A stretch of DNA of 64,000 nucleotides from the human T2T-CHM13v2.0 reference genome, Homo sapiens, in the NCBI RefSeq assembly GCF_009914755.1, contig NC_060948.1; one strand, 5' to 3'. Below, in pieces: positions 26,164 to 40,360 of this stretch. Within the stretch, counting starts at the first letter, position 1, and each line of letters begins with the position of its first letter. The notes below the pieces were generated by a model that saw only the letters and a program-made list of their open reading frames with translations, did not search any database and was not told where the DNA came from. The translations under genes and the position numbers were made by a program.

Positions 26164-29100
26164 AGGCCTGGAATAAAGTGGAATGCTACGGTCTCGAATG
26201 GAATAAAAATGTATGGAATGGAATGCAATGAAACGGAATCGAATGTCATAGAATGTAATGGAATGCAAAAAAATGGAATCCAAAATCATTGACTGGAAAG
26301 GCTGGGTGTCGAAAGGAATTGACTCCAATGGAATGGAATCGAATGGAGTGGAAGTGAATAGAATCGAACTAAATCGAATGGAATGGAATTGATAGGAACG
26401 GAATGGAAAGGAATGCAATGATTTGGCACGGAATGGAATCGAATGACATCGAATGGAATGGAATGGAATGCAATGGAATGGAACGTATTAGAATGTAATG
26501 AACTTTAATGGAATGTACTCGAATGGATTCGACTGGAATGGAATGTTATGGAAGTGAATGGACTCCAATGGAATGGATTCAAAAGGAATGGAATCGTACG
26601 GAATGGAATCTAATGGAATGGAATTAAATGGAAATGAATCAAATTGAATAGCACGGAATTGAATTGAATGGAATGGAATGCAATGGAATCTAATGAAACG
26701 GAAAGGAAAGGAATGGAATGGAATGGAATGGGCTGGAATGGAAAGGAATCGAAACGAATGGAATGGAATCGAACTGAAGAGACTGGAATGGAATGCACTG
26801 GAATGGAAGGGAGTGTAATGGAAGTTTCTCGAAAAAAATGGAATCGAATGGAATGGAATTGAATGGAACGGAATAGAGTCGAATGGAATTGAATGGAATG
26901 GAATGGACTAGAGTGAAATGGAATCGAACCACAAGGAATGGACTGGAATAGAATGGTCTCGAATTGAATGGAATCGTATGGAATGGCATCAAACGGAATG
27001 GAATGGACAGCCACGGAATGGAATGCACTCGAATGCAATGGAGTCGAAACTAATGGACTGGAATAGAATGGACTCGACTGGTACGGACTCCAATGGAATG
27101 GAATCGAATGGAAGGGAATCGAACGGAATGGACTCGAAGGGAAAAGACTGCAATGGAAAGGTCTCGAATGGAATGGAAATAAATGGAATGGAATGGAATC
27201 GAATGAAATGGAGTCAAAAGGAATGGAATCGAATGGCAAGAAATCGAATGTAATGGAATCGCAAGGAATTGATGTGAACGGAACGGAATGGAATGGAATC
27301 CAAAGGAATGGAATAAAATGGAATGGAATCGAATGGAAAGGACTCGAATGGAAATCACTCGAATAGAATGCAATTTAATAAAATAGGACCAAATGTAATG
27401 GAATGGAATGGAAAGGAATCGAAACGGAAGGAATGGAGACAGATGGAATGGAATGGAACAGAGAGCAATGGTATAGAATGGAATGGAATCATCTGGAATG
27501 GAATGGAATGGAATGGAATGAAATGCCCTTGAATTAAATGGACTGGAATGGAATGGACTCGAACAGAGTGGAATGGAAAGTGTTGAGATAGAATGGAATG
27601 GACTCTTTTGGAATGGTCTAGTATGCAATGCAATCGACTGGCAGGGAATCAAAAGGAATGTAATCGAATGGATTGGACTGGAATGCAATGGACTGGAATA
27701 GATTGCAAACGGGATGCAAAGGAATGGAATGGAATAGTATGGAATGGAATGGAAAGGAATGGAGTGGAATAGACTAGAGTGGAATGGAATGGACTGGAAA
27801 GAAATGGACTGGAATGGAACTTTCTTGAATGGACTGGAATCAAACGGAATGGAATGCAATGCAATCAAATGGCATGGAATAAAATAGAATGAAAGAGAAT
27901 CAAATGGAATTGAATCGAATGGAATCGAATGGATTGGAAAGGAATAGAATGGAATGGAATGGAATTGACTCAAATGGAATGGACTAGAATGGAATGGATT
28001 CGAATGGAAGGCAAAGGAATGGAATCTATTGGAATGGAATGTAATGGAATGGAATGGAAGGGATTGGAATGGACTCGAATGGAATGGACTGCAATAGAAA
28101 GGATTCGAATGGAATGAAAAAGAATTGAATGGAATAAAACAGAATGGAATGAAATCGAATGAAATGGAATGGAATAGAAAGGAATGGAATGAAATGGAAT
28201 GGAAAGGATTCGAATGGAATGCAATCGAATGGAATGGAATCGAACGGAATGGAATAAAATGGAAGAAAACTGGCAAGAAATGGAATCGAAATGAATGGAG
28301 TGTTATGGAACGGACTCAAAAGGAATTGAATGTAATAGAATGGAGTGGAGTGGACTCGAATATAATGGACTGGAATGGAATGAAATCACATGGAATGGGA
28401 ACGAATGGAATGGAATGGAAAGGAATGGAATCGAATGGAAAGGAATCGAATGGAAGGGAATGAAATTGAATCAACAGGAATGGAAGGGAATAGAATAGAC
28501 GGTAATGGAATGGACTCGAATAGAATGGACACGAATGCTCAAATTGAATGGACTCGAATGGAATGGAAACGAAAGGAATGTCATCGAATGGAATTGAATC
28601 GATTGGAATGAAATCGCATAGAATGGAGTGGAATCAAATGGAATTGAATCGAAAGGAAAGGAAGCGAATGGACTGAAATGAAATGGAATGGAATTGAATG
28701 GAAAGTAATGCAATGGAATAGAATGGAACGAAATTTCACGGAATGGAATCAAACTGAATGGAATCAAATCAATGGAATCAAATCAAATGGAATGGAAAGG
28801 AATTGAATGGAGTAGATTGGATTGGATGGGATTGGAATGAAATGTACTGGAAAGGACTCGAATTTCATGAAACGGAATGGAATGAATTGGAACGGAATGG
28901 ACTCGAATGGAATGGAATGTCATGGAATGGCATCAAATGGAATGGCATCAAATGGAATGGAATCGAATGCAATGGAATGCTATGGAATGGAATGGAATGC
29001 ATTGGAATGGAATGTCCCCTAATGGAATGGATTCGAGTGGAATGGAATCGAATATAATGGAGTCGAATGAAATGGAATTGAAAGGAATGGGATCGAATAG

Positions 29101-29707
29101 AATGGAATATACTGGAATGTAATGTAATGAACTCGAATGTAATTGACTGGAATGGAATGTACATGAATGGAATGTAATCGAATGGAAAGTAATCCAATGG
29201 AATAGAATCTAATGCAATAAAACCGACTCAGATAGAGTAGAATGTAATGGAATGGAGTGCAGTGCAATGGAAGGGAATGGAATTGAATGCAATGGAATGG
29301 AATGGAATGGAATGGAATGGAATGGAATGGAATGGAATGGAATGGGATGGAATGGTATGGAATGGATAGTAATGGACTGGAGTGAAATGGACTGGAAAGG
29401 AATGGACTCAAATTGAAAGGGCTCGAAAGGAATGGAGTCAAATGGAATGGTCTGGAATGGAATGAACACGAATGTAATGCAATCCAATAGAATGGAATCG
29501 AATGGCATGGAATATAAAGAAATGGAATCGAAGAGAATGGAAACAAATGGAATGGAATTGAATGGAATGGAATTGAATGGAATGGGAACGAATGGAGTGA
29601 AATTGTATGCAGTAGAAGGGAATAGAATGGAATGCAAGCGAAAGGAAAGGAATGGATTGGAATGGAATGGAATTCATTGGAATGGAAGGGAATGTAGTGT
29701 AATGGAC
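26164..29707 (+). repeat. DYZ1 unit 8 (3544 bp; type A)
   Basis: Landmark spacing; shares type-A variants with unit 6. Confidence 0.9.
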
Positions 29708-32700
29708 AGGCCTGGAATAAAGTGGAATGCTACGGTCTCGAATGGAATAAAAATGTATGGAATGGAATGCAATGAAACGGAATCGAATGTCATAGAATGT
29801 AATGGAATGCAAAAAAATGGAATCCAAAATCATTGACTGGAAAGGCTGGGTGTCGAAAGGAATTGACTCCAATGGAATGGAATCGAATGGAATGGAAGTG
29901 AATAGAATCGAACTAAATCGAATGGAATGGAATTGATAGGAACGGAATGGAAAGGAATGCAATGATTTGGCATGGAATGGAATCGAATGGCATCGAATGG
30001 AATGGAATGGAATGCAATGGAATGGAATGTATTAGAATGTAATGAACTTTAATGGAATGTACTCGAATGGATTCGACTGGAATGGAATGTTCTGGAAGTG
30101 AATGGACTCCAATGGAATGGATTCCAAAGGAATGGAATCGTACGGAATGGAATCTAATGGAATGGAATTAAATGGAAATGAATCAAATTGAATAGCACGG
30201 AATTGAATTGAATGGAATGGAATGCAATGGAATCTAATGAAACGGAAAGGAAAGGAATGGAATGGAATGGAATGGACTGGAATGGAAAGGAATCGAAACG
30301 AATGGAATGGAATCGAACTGAAGAGACTGGAATGGAATGCACTGGAATGGAAGGGAGTGTAATGGAAGGTTCTCGAAAAAAATGGAATCGAATGGAATGG
30401 AATTGAATGGAACGGAATAGAGTCGAATGGAATTGAATGGAATGGAATGGACTAGAGTGAAATGGAATCGAACCACAAGGAATGGACATGAATAGAATGG
30501 TCTCGAATTGAATGGAATCGTATGGAATGGCATCAAACGGAATGGAATGGACAGCCACGGAATGGAATGCACTCGAATGCAATGGAGTCGAAACTAATGG
30601 ACTGGAATAGAATGGACTCGACTGGTACGGACTCCAATGGAATGGAATCGAATGAAAGGGAATCGAACGGAATGGACTCGAAGGGAAATGACTGCAATGG
30701 AAAGGTCTCGAATGGAATGGAAATTAATGGAATGGAATGGAATCGAATGAAATGGAGTCAAAAGGAATGGAATCGAATGGCAAGAAATCGAATGTAATGG
30801 AATCACAAGGAATTGATGTGAACGGAACGGAATGGAATGGAATCCAAAGGAATGGAATAGAATGGAATGGAATCGAATGGAAAGGACTCGAATGGAAATC
30901 ACTCGAATAGAATGCAATTTAATAAAATAGGATCAAATGTAATGGAATGGAATGGAAAGGAATCGAAACGAAAGGAATGGAGACAGATGGAATGGAATGG
31001 AACAGAGAGCAATGGTATAGAATGGAATGGAATCATCTGGAATGGAATTGAATGGAATGGAATAATATGAAATGGAATGGAATGGAATGGAATGGAATGC
31101 CCTTGAATTAAATGGACTGGAATGGAATGGACTCGAACAGAGTGGAATGGAAAGTGTTGAGATAGAATGGAATGGACTCCTTTGGAATGGTGTAGTATGC
31201 AATGCAATCGACTGGCAGGGAATCAAAAGGAATGTAATGGAATGGATTGGACTGGAATGCAATGGACTCGAATAGATTGCAAACGGAATGCAAAGGAATG
31301 GAATGGAATATTATGGAATGGAATGGAAAGGAATGGAGTGGAATAGACTAGAGTGGAATGGAATGGACTGGAAAGAAATGGACTGGAATGGAACTTTCTT
31401 GAATGGACCTGAATCAAACGGAATGGAATGCAATGCAATCAAATGGCATGGAATAAAATAGAATGAAAGAGAATCAAATGGAATTGAATCGAATGGAATC
31501 GAATGGATTGGAAAGGAATAGAATGGAATGGAATGGAATTGACTCAAATGGAATGGACTAGAATGGAATGGATTCGAATGGAAGGCAAAGGAATGGAATC
31601 TATTGGAATGGACTGTAATGGAATGGAATGGAAGGGATTGGAATGGACTCGAATGGAATGGACTGCAATAGAAAGGATTCGAATGGAATGAAAAAGAATT
31701 GAATGGAATAAAACAGAATGGAATGAAATCGAATGAAATGGAATGGAATAGAAAGGAATGGAATGAAATGGAATGGAAAGGATTCGAATGGAATGCAATC
31801 GAATGGAATGGAATCGAACGGAATGGAATAAAATGGAAGAAAACTGGCAAGAAATGGAATCGAAATGAATGGAGTGTTATGGAACGGACTCAAAAGGAAT
31901 TGAATGTAATAGAATGGAGTGGAGTGGACTCGAATATAATGGACTGGAATGGAATGAAATCACATGGAATGGGAACGAATGGAAAGGAATGGAATCGAAT
32001 GGAAAGGAATCGAATGGAAGGGAATGAAATTGAATCAACAGGAATGGAAGGGAATAGAATAGACGGTAATGGAATGGACTCGAATAGAATGGACACGAAT
32101 GCTCAAATTGAATGGACTCGAATGGAATGGAAACGAAAGGAATGTCATCGAATGGAATTGAATCGATTGGAATGAAATCGCATAGAATGGAGTGGAATCA
32201 AATGGAATTGAATCGAAAGGAAAGGAAGCGAATGGACTGAAATGAAATGGAATGGAATTGAATGGAAAGTAATGCAATGGAATAGAATGGAACGAAATTT
32301 CACGGAATGGAATCAAACTGAATGGAATCAAATCAATGGCATCAAATCAAATGGAATGGAAAGGAATTGAATGGAGTAGATTGGATTGGATGGGATTGGA
32401 ATGAAATGTACTGGAAAGGACTCGAATTTCATGAAACGGAATGGAATGAATTGGAACGGAATGGACTCGAATGGAATGGAATGTCATGGAATGGCATCAA
32501 ATGGAATGGCATCAAATGGAATGGAATCGAATGCAATGGAATGCTATGGAATGGAATGGAATGCATTGGAATGGAATGTCCCCTAATGGAATGGATTCGA
32601 GTGGAATGGAATCGAATATAATGGAGTCGAATGAAATTTAATTGAAAGGAATGGGATCGAATAGAATGGAATATACTGGAATGTAATGTAATGAACTCGA

Positions 32701-33266
32701 ATGTAATTGACTGGAATGGAATGTACATGAATGGAATGTAATCGAATGGAAAGTAATCCAATGGAATAGAATCTAATGCAATAAAACCGACTCAGATAGA
32801 GTAGAATGTAATGGAATGGAGTGCAGTGCAATGGAAGGGATTGGAATTGAATGCAATGGAATGGAATGGAATGGAATGGAATGGAATGGAATGGAATGGA
32901 ATGGGATGGAATGGTATGGAATGGATAGTAATGGACTGGAGTGAAATGGACTGGAAAGGAATGGACTCAAATTGAAAGGGCTCGAAAGGAATGGAGTCAA
33001 ATGGAATGGTCTGGAATGGAATGAACACGAATGTAATGCAATCCAATAGAATGGAATCGAATGGCATGGAATATAAAGAAATGGAATCGAAGAGAATGGA
33101 AACAAATGGAATGGAATTGAGTGGAATGGAATTGAATGGAATGGGAACGAATGGAATGAAATTGTATGCAGTAGAAGGGAATAGAATGGAATGCAAGCGA
33201 AAGGAAAGGAATGGATTGGAATGGAATGGAATTCATTGGAATGGAAGGGAATGTAGTGTAATGGAC
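29708..33266 (+). repeat. DYZ1 unit 9 (3559 bp; type B / mosaic)
   Basis: Landmark spacing; B variants in 5' half, some A variants in 3' half, 10-bp deletion near 31980. Confidence 0.9.
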
Positions 33267-36200
33267 AGGCCTGGAATAAAGTGGAATGCTACGGTCTCGA
33301 ATGGAATAAAAATGTATGGAATGGAATGCAATGAAACGGAATCGAATGTCATAGAATGTAATGGAATGCAAAAAAATGGAATCCAAAATCATTGACTGGA
33401 AAGGCTGGGTGTCGAAAGGAATTGACTCCAATGGAATGGAATCGAATGGAATGGAAGTGAATAGAATCGAAGTAAATCGAATGGAATGGAATTGATAGGA
33501 ACGGAATGGAAAGGAATGCAATGATTTGGCATGGAATGGAATCGAATGGCATCGAATGGAATGGAATGGAATGCAATGGAATGGAATGTATTAGAATGTA
33601 ATGAACTTTAATGGAATGTACTCGAATGGATTCGACTGGAATGGAATGTTGTGGAAGTGAATGGACTCCAATGGAATGGATTCCAAAGGAATGGAATCGT
33701 ACGGAATGGAATCTAATGGAATGGAATTAAATGGAAATGAATCAAATTGAATAGCACGGAATTGAATTGAATGGAATGGAATGCAATGGAATCTAATGAA
33801 ACGGAAAGGAAAGGAATGGAATGGAATGGAATGGGCTGGAATGGAAAGGAATCGAAACGAATGGAATGGAATCGAACTGAAGAGACTGGAATGGAATGCA
33901 CTGGAATGGAAGGGAGTGTAATGGAAGGTTCTCGAAAAAAATGGAATCGAATGGAATGGAATTGAATGGAACGGAATAGAGTCGAATGGAATTGAATGGA
34001 ATGGAATGGACTAGAGTGAAATGGAATCGAACCACAAGGAATGGACAGGAATAGAATGGTCTCGAATTGAATGGAATCGTATGGAATGGCATCAAACGGA
34101 ATGGAATGGACAGCCACGGAATGGAATGCACTCGAATGCAATGGAGTCGAAACTAATGGACTGGAATAGAATGGACTCGACTGGTACGGACTCCAATGGA
34201 ATGGAATCGAATGGAAGGGAATCGAACGGAATGGACTCGAAGGGAAAAGACTGCAATGGAAAGGTCTCGAATGGAATGGAAATAAATGGAATGGAATGGA
34301 ATCGAATGAAATGGAGTCAAAAGGAATGGAATCGAATGGCAAGAAATCGAATGTAATGGAATCGCAAGGAATTGATGTGAACGGAACGGAATGGAATGGA
34401 ATCCAAAGGAATGGAATAAAATGGAATGGAATCGAATGGAAAGGACTCGAATGGAAATCACTCGAATAGAATGCAATTTAATAAAATAGGACCAAATGTA
34501 ATGGAATGGAATGGAAAGGAATCGAAACGGAAGGAATGGAGACAGATGGAATGGAATGGAACAGAGAGCAATGGTATAGAATGGAATGGAATCATCTGGA
34601 ATGGAATGGAATGGAATGGAATGAAATGCCCTTGAATTAAATGGACTGGAATGGAATGGACTCGAACAGAGTGGAATGGAAAGTGTTGAGATAGAATGGA
34701 ATGGACTCTTTTGGAATGGTCTAGTATGCAATGCAATCGACTGGCAGGGAATCAAAAGGAATGTAATCGAATGGATTGGACTGGAATGCAATGGACTTGA
34801 ATAGATTGCAAACGGGATGCAAAGTAATGGAATGGAATAGTATGGAATGGAATGGAAAGGAATGGAGTGGAATAGACTAGAGTGGAATGGAATGGACTGG
34901 AAAGAAATGGACTGGAATGGAACTTTCTTGAATGGACTGGAATCAAACGGAATGGAATGCAATGCAATCAAATGGCATGGAATAAAATAGAATGAAAGAG
35001 AATCAAATGGAATTGAATCGAATGGAATCGAATGGATTGGAAAGGAATAGAATGGAATGGAATGGAATTGACTCAAATGGAATGGACTAGAATGGAATGG
35101 ATTCGAATGGAAGGCAAAGGAATGGAATCTATTGGAATGGAATGTAATGGAATGGAATGGAAGGGATTGGAATGGACTCGAATGGAATGGACTGCAATAG
35201 AAAGGATTCGAATGGAATGAAAAAGAATTGAATGGAATAAAACAGAATGGAATGAAATCGAATGAAATGGAATGGAATAGAAAGGAATGGAATGAAATGG
35301 AATGGAAAGGATTCGAATGGAATGCAATCGAATGGAATGGAATCGAACGGAATGGAATAAAATGGAAGAAAACTGGCAAGAAATGGAATCGAAATGAATG
35401 GAGTGTTATGGAACGGACTCAAAAGGAATTGAATGTAATAGAATGGAGTGGAGTGGACTCGAATATAATGGACTGGAATGGAATGAAATCACATGGAATG
35501 GGAACGAATGGAATGGAATGGAAAGGAATGGAATCGAATGGAAAGGAATCGAATGGAAGGGAATGAAATTGAATCAACAGGAATGGAAGGGAATAGAATA
35601 GACGGTAATGGAATGGACTCGAATAGAATGGACACGAATGCTCAAATTGAATGGACTCGAATGGAATGGAAACGAAAGGAATGTCATCGAATGGAATTGA
35701 ATGGATTGGAATGAAATCGCATAGAATGGAGTGGAATCAAATGGAATTGAATCGAAAGGAAAGGAAGCGAATGGACTGAAATGAAATGGAATGGAATTGA
35801 ATGGAAAGTAATGCAATGGAATAGAATGGAACGAAATTTCACGGAATGGAATCAAACTGAATGGAATCAAATCAAATGGAATGGAAAGGAATTGAATGGA
35901 GTAGATTGGATTGGATGGGATTGGAATGAAATGTACTGGAAAGGACTCGAATTTCATGAAACGGAATGGAATGAATTGGAACGGAATGGACTCGAATGGA
36001 ATGGAATGTCATGGAATGGCATCAAATGGAATGGCATCAAATGGAATGGAATCGAATGCAATGGAATGCTATGGAATGGAATGGAATGCATTGGAATGGA
36101 ATGTCCCCTAATGGAATGGATTCGAGTGGAATGGAATCGAATATAATGGAGTCGAATGAAATGGAATTGAAAGGAATGGGATCGAATAGAATGGAATATA

Positions 36201-36796
36201 CTGGAATGTAATGTAATGAACTCGAATGTAATTGACTGGAATGGAATGTACATGAATGGAATGTAATCGAATGGAAAGTAATCCAATGGAATAGAATCTA
36301 ATGCAATAAAACCGACTCAGATAGAGTAGAATGTAATGGAATGGAGTGCAGTGCAATGGAAGGGAATGGAATTGAATGCAATGGAATGGAATGGAATGGA
36401 ATGGAATGGAATGGAATGGAATGGAATGGAATGGGATGGAATGGTATGGAATGGATAGTAATGGACTGGAGTGAAATGGACTGGAAAGGAATGGACTCAA
36501 ATTGAAAGGGCTCGAAAGGAATGGAGTCAAATGGAATGGTCTGGAATGGAATGAACACGAATGTAATGCAATCCAATAGAATGGAATCGAATGGCATGGA
36601 ATATAAAGAAATGGAATCGAAGAGAATGGAAACAAATGGAATGGAATTGAATGGAATGGAATTGAATGGAATGGGAACGAATGGAGTGAAATTGTATGCA
36701 GTAGAAGGGAATAGAATGGAATGCAAGCGAAAGGAAAGGAATGGATTGGAATGGAATGGAATTCATTGGAATGGAAGCGAATGTAGTGTAATGGAC
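33267..36796 (+). repeat. DYZ1 unit 10 (3530 bp; contains the junction of the 14.2-kb duplication)
   Basis: 5' part matches unit 14, 3' part matches unit 6. Confidence 0.88.
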
Positions 36797-39700
36797 AGGC
36801 CTGGAATAAAGTGGAATGCTACGGTCTCGAATGGAATAAAAATGTATGGAATGGAATGCAATGAAACGGAATCGAATGTCATAGAATGTAATGGAATGCA
36901 AAAAAATGGAATCCAAAATCATTGACTGGAAAGGCTGGGTGTCGAAAGGAATTGACTCCAATGGAATGGAATCGAATGGAATGGAAGTGAATAGAATCGA
37001 ACTAAATCGAATGGAATGGAATTGATAGGAACGGAATGGAAAGGAATGCAATGATTTGGCATGGAATGGAATCGAATGGCATCGAATGGAATGGAATGGA
37101 ATGCAATGGAATGGAATGTATTAGAATGTAATGAACTTTAATGGAATGTACTCGAATGGATTCGACTGGAATGGAATGTTCTGGAAGTGAATGGACTCCA
37201 ATGGAATGGATTCCAAAGGAATGGAATCGTACGGAATGGAATCTAATGGAATGGAATTAAATGGAAATGAATCAAATTGAATAGCACGGAATTGAATTGA
37301 ATGGAATGGAATGCAATGGAATCTAATGAAACGGAAAGGAAAGGAATGGAATGGAATGGAATGGACTGGAATGGAAAGGAATCGAAACGAATGGAATGGA
37401 ATCGAACTGAAGAGACTGGAATGGAATGCACTGGAATGGAAGGGAGTGTAATGGAAGGTTCTCGAAAAAAATGGAATCGAATGGAATGGAATTGAATGGA
37501 ACGGAATAGAGTCGAATGGAATTGAATGGAATGGAATGGACTAGAGTGAAATGGAATCGAACCACAAGGAATGGACATGAATAGAATGGTCTCGAATTGA
37601 ATGGAATCGTATGGAATGGCATCAAACGGAATGGAATGGACAGCCACGGAATGGAATGCACTCGAATGCAATGGAGTCGAAACTAATGGACTGGAATAGA
37701 ATGGACTCGACTGGTACGGACTCCAATGGAATGGAATCGAATGGAAGGGAATCGAACGGAATGGACTCGAAGGGAAATGACTGCAATGGAAAGGTCTCGA
37801 ATGGAATGGAAATTAATGGAATGGAATGGAATCGAATGAAATGGAGTCAAAAGGAATGGAATCGAATGGCAAGAAATCGAATGTAATGGAATCACAAGGA
37901 ATTGATGTGAACGGAACGGAATGGAATGGAATCCAAAGGAATGGAATAGAATGGAATGGAATCGAATGGAAAGGACTCGAATGGAAATCACTCGAATAGA
38001 ATGCAATTTAATAAAATAGGATCAAATGTAATGGAATGGAATGGAAAGGAATCGAAACGAAAGGAATGGAGACAGATGGAATGGAATGGAACAGAGAGCA
38101 ATGGTATAGAATGGAATGGAATCATCTGGAATGGAATTGAATGGAATGGAATAATATGAAATGGAATGGAATGGAATGGAATGGAATGCCCTTGAATTAA
38201 ATGGACTGGAATGGAATGGACTCGAACAGAGTGGAATGGAAAGTGTTGAGATAGAATGGAATGGACTCCTTTGGAATGGTGTAGTATGCAATGCAATCGA
38301 CTGGCACGGAATCAAAAGGAATGTAATGGAATGGATTGGACTGGAATGCAATGGACTCGAATAGATTGCAAACGGAATGCAAAGGAATGGAATGGAATAG
38401 TATGGAATGGAATGGAAAGGAATGGAGTGGAATAGACTAGAGTGGAATGGAATGGACTGGAAAGCAATGGACTGGAATGGAACTTTATTGAATGGACTGG
38501 AATCAAACGGAATGGAATGCAATGCAATCAAATGGCATGGAATAAAATAGAATGAAAGAGAATCAAATGGAATTGAATCGAATGGAATCGAATGGATTGG
38601 AAAGGAATAGAATGGAATGGAATGGAATTGACTCAAATGGAATGGACTAGAATGGAATGGATTCGAATGGAAGGCAAAGGAATGGAATCTATTGGAATGG
38701 ACTGTAATGGAATGGAATGGAAGGGATTGGAATGGACTCGAATGGAATGGACTGCAATAGAAAGGATTCGAATGGAATGAAAAAGAATTGAATGGAATAG
38801 AACAGAATGGAATCAAATCGAATGAAATGGAATGGAATAGAAAGGAATGGAATGAAATGGAATGGAAAGGATTCGAATGGAATGCAATCGAATGGAATGG
38901 AATCGAACGGAATGGAATAAAATGGAAGAAAACTGGCAAGAAATGGAATCGAAAGGAATGGAGTGTTATGGAACGGACTCAAAAGGAATTGAATGTAATA
39001 GAATGGAGTGGAGTGGACTCGAATATAATGGACTGGAATGGAATGAAATCACATGGAATGGGAACGAATGGAATGGAATGGAAAGGAATGGAATCGAATG
39101 GAAAGGAATCGAATGGAAGGGAATGAAATTGAATCAACAGGAATGGAAGGGAATAGAATAGACGGTAATGGAATGGACTCGAATAGAATGGACACGAATG
39201 CTCAAATTGAATGGACTCGAATGGAATGGAAACGAAAGGAATGTCATCGAATGGAATTGAATCGATTGGAATGAAATCGCATAGAATGGAGTGGAATCAA
39301 ATGGAATTGAATCGAAAGGAAAGGAAGCGAATGGACTGAAATGAAATGGAATGGAATTGAATGGAAAGTAATGCAATGGAATAGAATGGAACGAAATTTC
39401 ACGGAATGGAATCAAACTGAATGGAATCAAATCAATGGAATCAAATCAAATGGAATGGAAAGGAATTGAATGGAGTAGATTGGATTGGATGGGATTGGAA
39501 TGAAATGTACTGGAAAGGACTCGAATTTCATGAAACGGAATGGAATGAATTGGAACGGAATGGACTCGAATGGAATGGAATGTCATGGAATGGCATCAAA
39601 TGGAATGGCATCAAATGGAATGGAATCGAATGCAATGGAATGCTATGGAATGGAATGGAATGCATTGGAATGGAATGTCCTCTAATGGAATGGATTCGAG

Positions 39701-40360
39701 TGGAATGGAATCGAATATAATGGAGTCGAATGAAATGGAATTGAAAGGAATGGGATCGAATACAATGGAATATACTGGAATGTAATGTAATGAACTCGAA
39801 TGTAATTGACTGGAATGGAATGTACATGAATGGAATGTAATCGAATGGAAAGTAATCCAATGGAATAGAATCTAATGCAATAAAATCGACTCAGATAGAG
39901 TAGAATGTAATGGAATGGAGTGCAGTGCAATGCAATGGAATGGAATGGAATGCAATGGAATGGAATGGAATGGAATGGAATGGAATGGAATGGAATGGGA
40001 TGGAATGGTATGGAATGGATAGTAGTGGACTGGAGTGAAATGGACTGGAAAGGAATGGACTCAAATTGAAAGGGCTCGAAAGGAATGGAGTCAAATGGAA
40101 TGGTCTGGAATGGAATGAACACGAATGTAATGCAATCCAATAGAATGGAATCGAATGGCATGGAATATAAAGAAATGGAATCGAAGAGAATGGAAACAAA
40201 TGGAATGGAATTGAATGGAATGGAATTGAATGGAATGGGAACGAATGGAGTGAAATTGTATGCAGTAGAAGGGAATAGAATGGAATGCAAGCGAAAGGAA
40301 AGGAATGGATTGGAATGGAATGGAATTCATTGGACTGGAAGGGAATGTAGTGTAATGGAC
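36797..40360 (+). repeat. DYZ1 unit 11 (3564 bp; copy of unit 7)
   Basis: Offset 14197 from unit 7; same private variants. Confidence 0.9.

Larger units (their letters stand above)
19732..33928 (+). repeat. 14,197-bp tandem duplication, copy 1 (four DYZ1 units; boundaries uncertain by ~355 bp)
   Basis: Unit lengths 3530/3564/3544/3559 repeat in the same order. Private variants and unusual ORFs recur at offset 14197 (19956/34153, 27050/41247, 31699/45896, 33349/47546). Confidence 0.9.
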
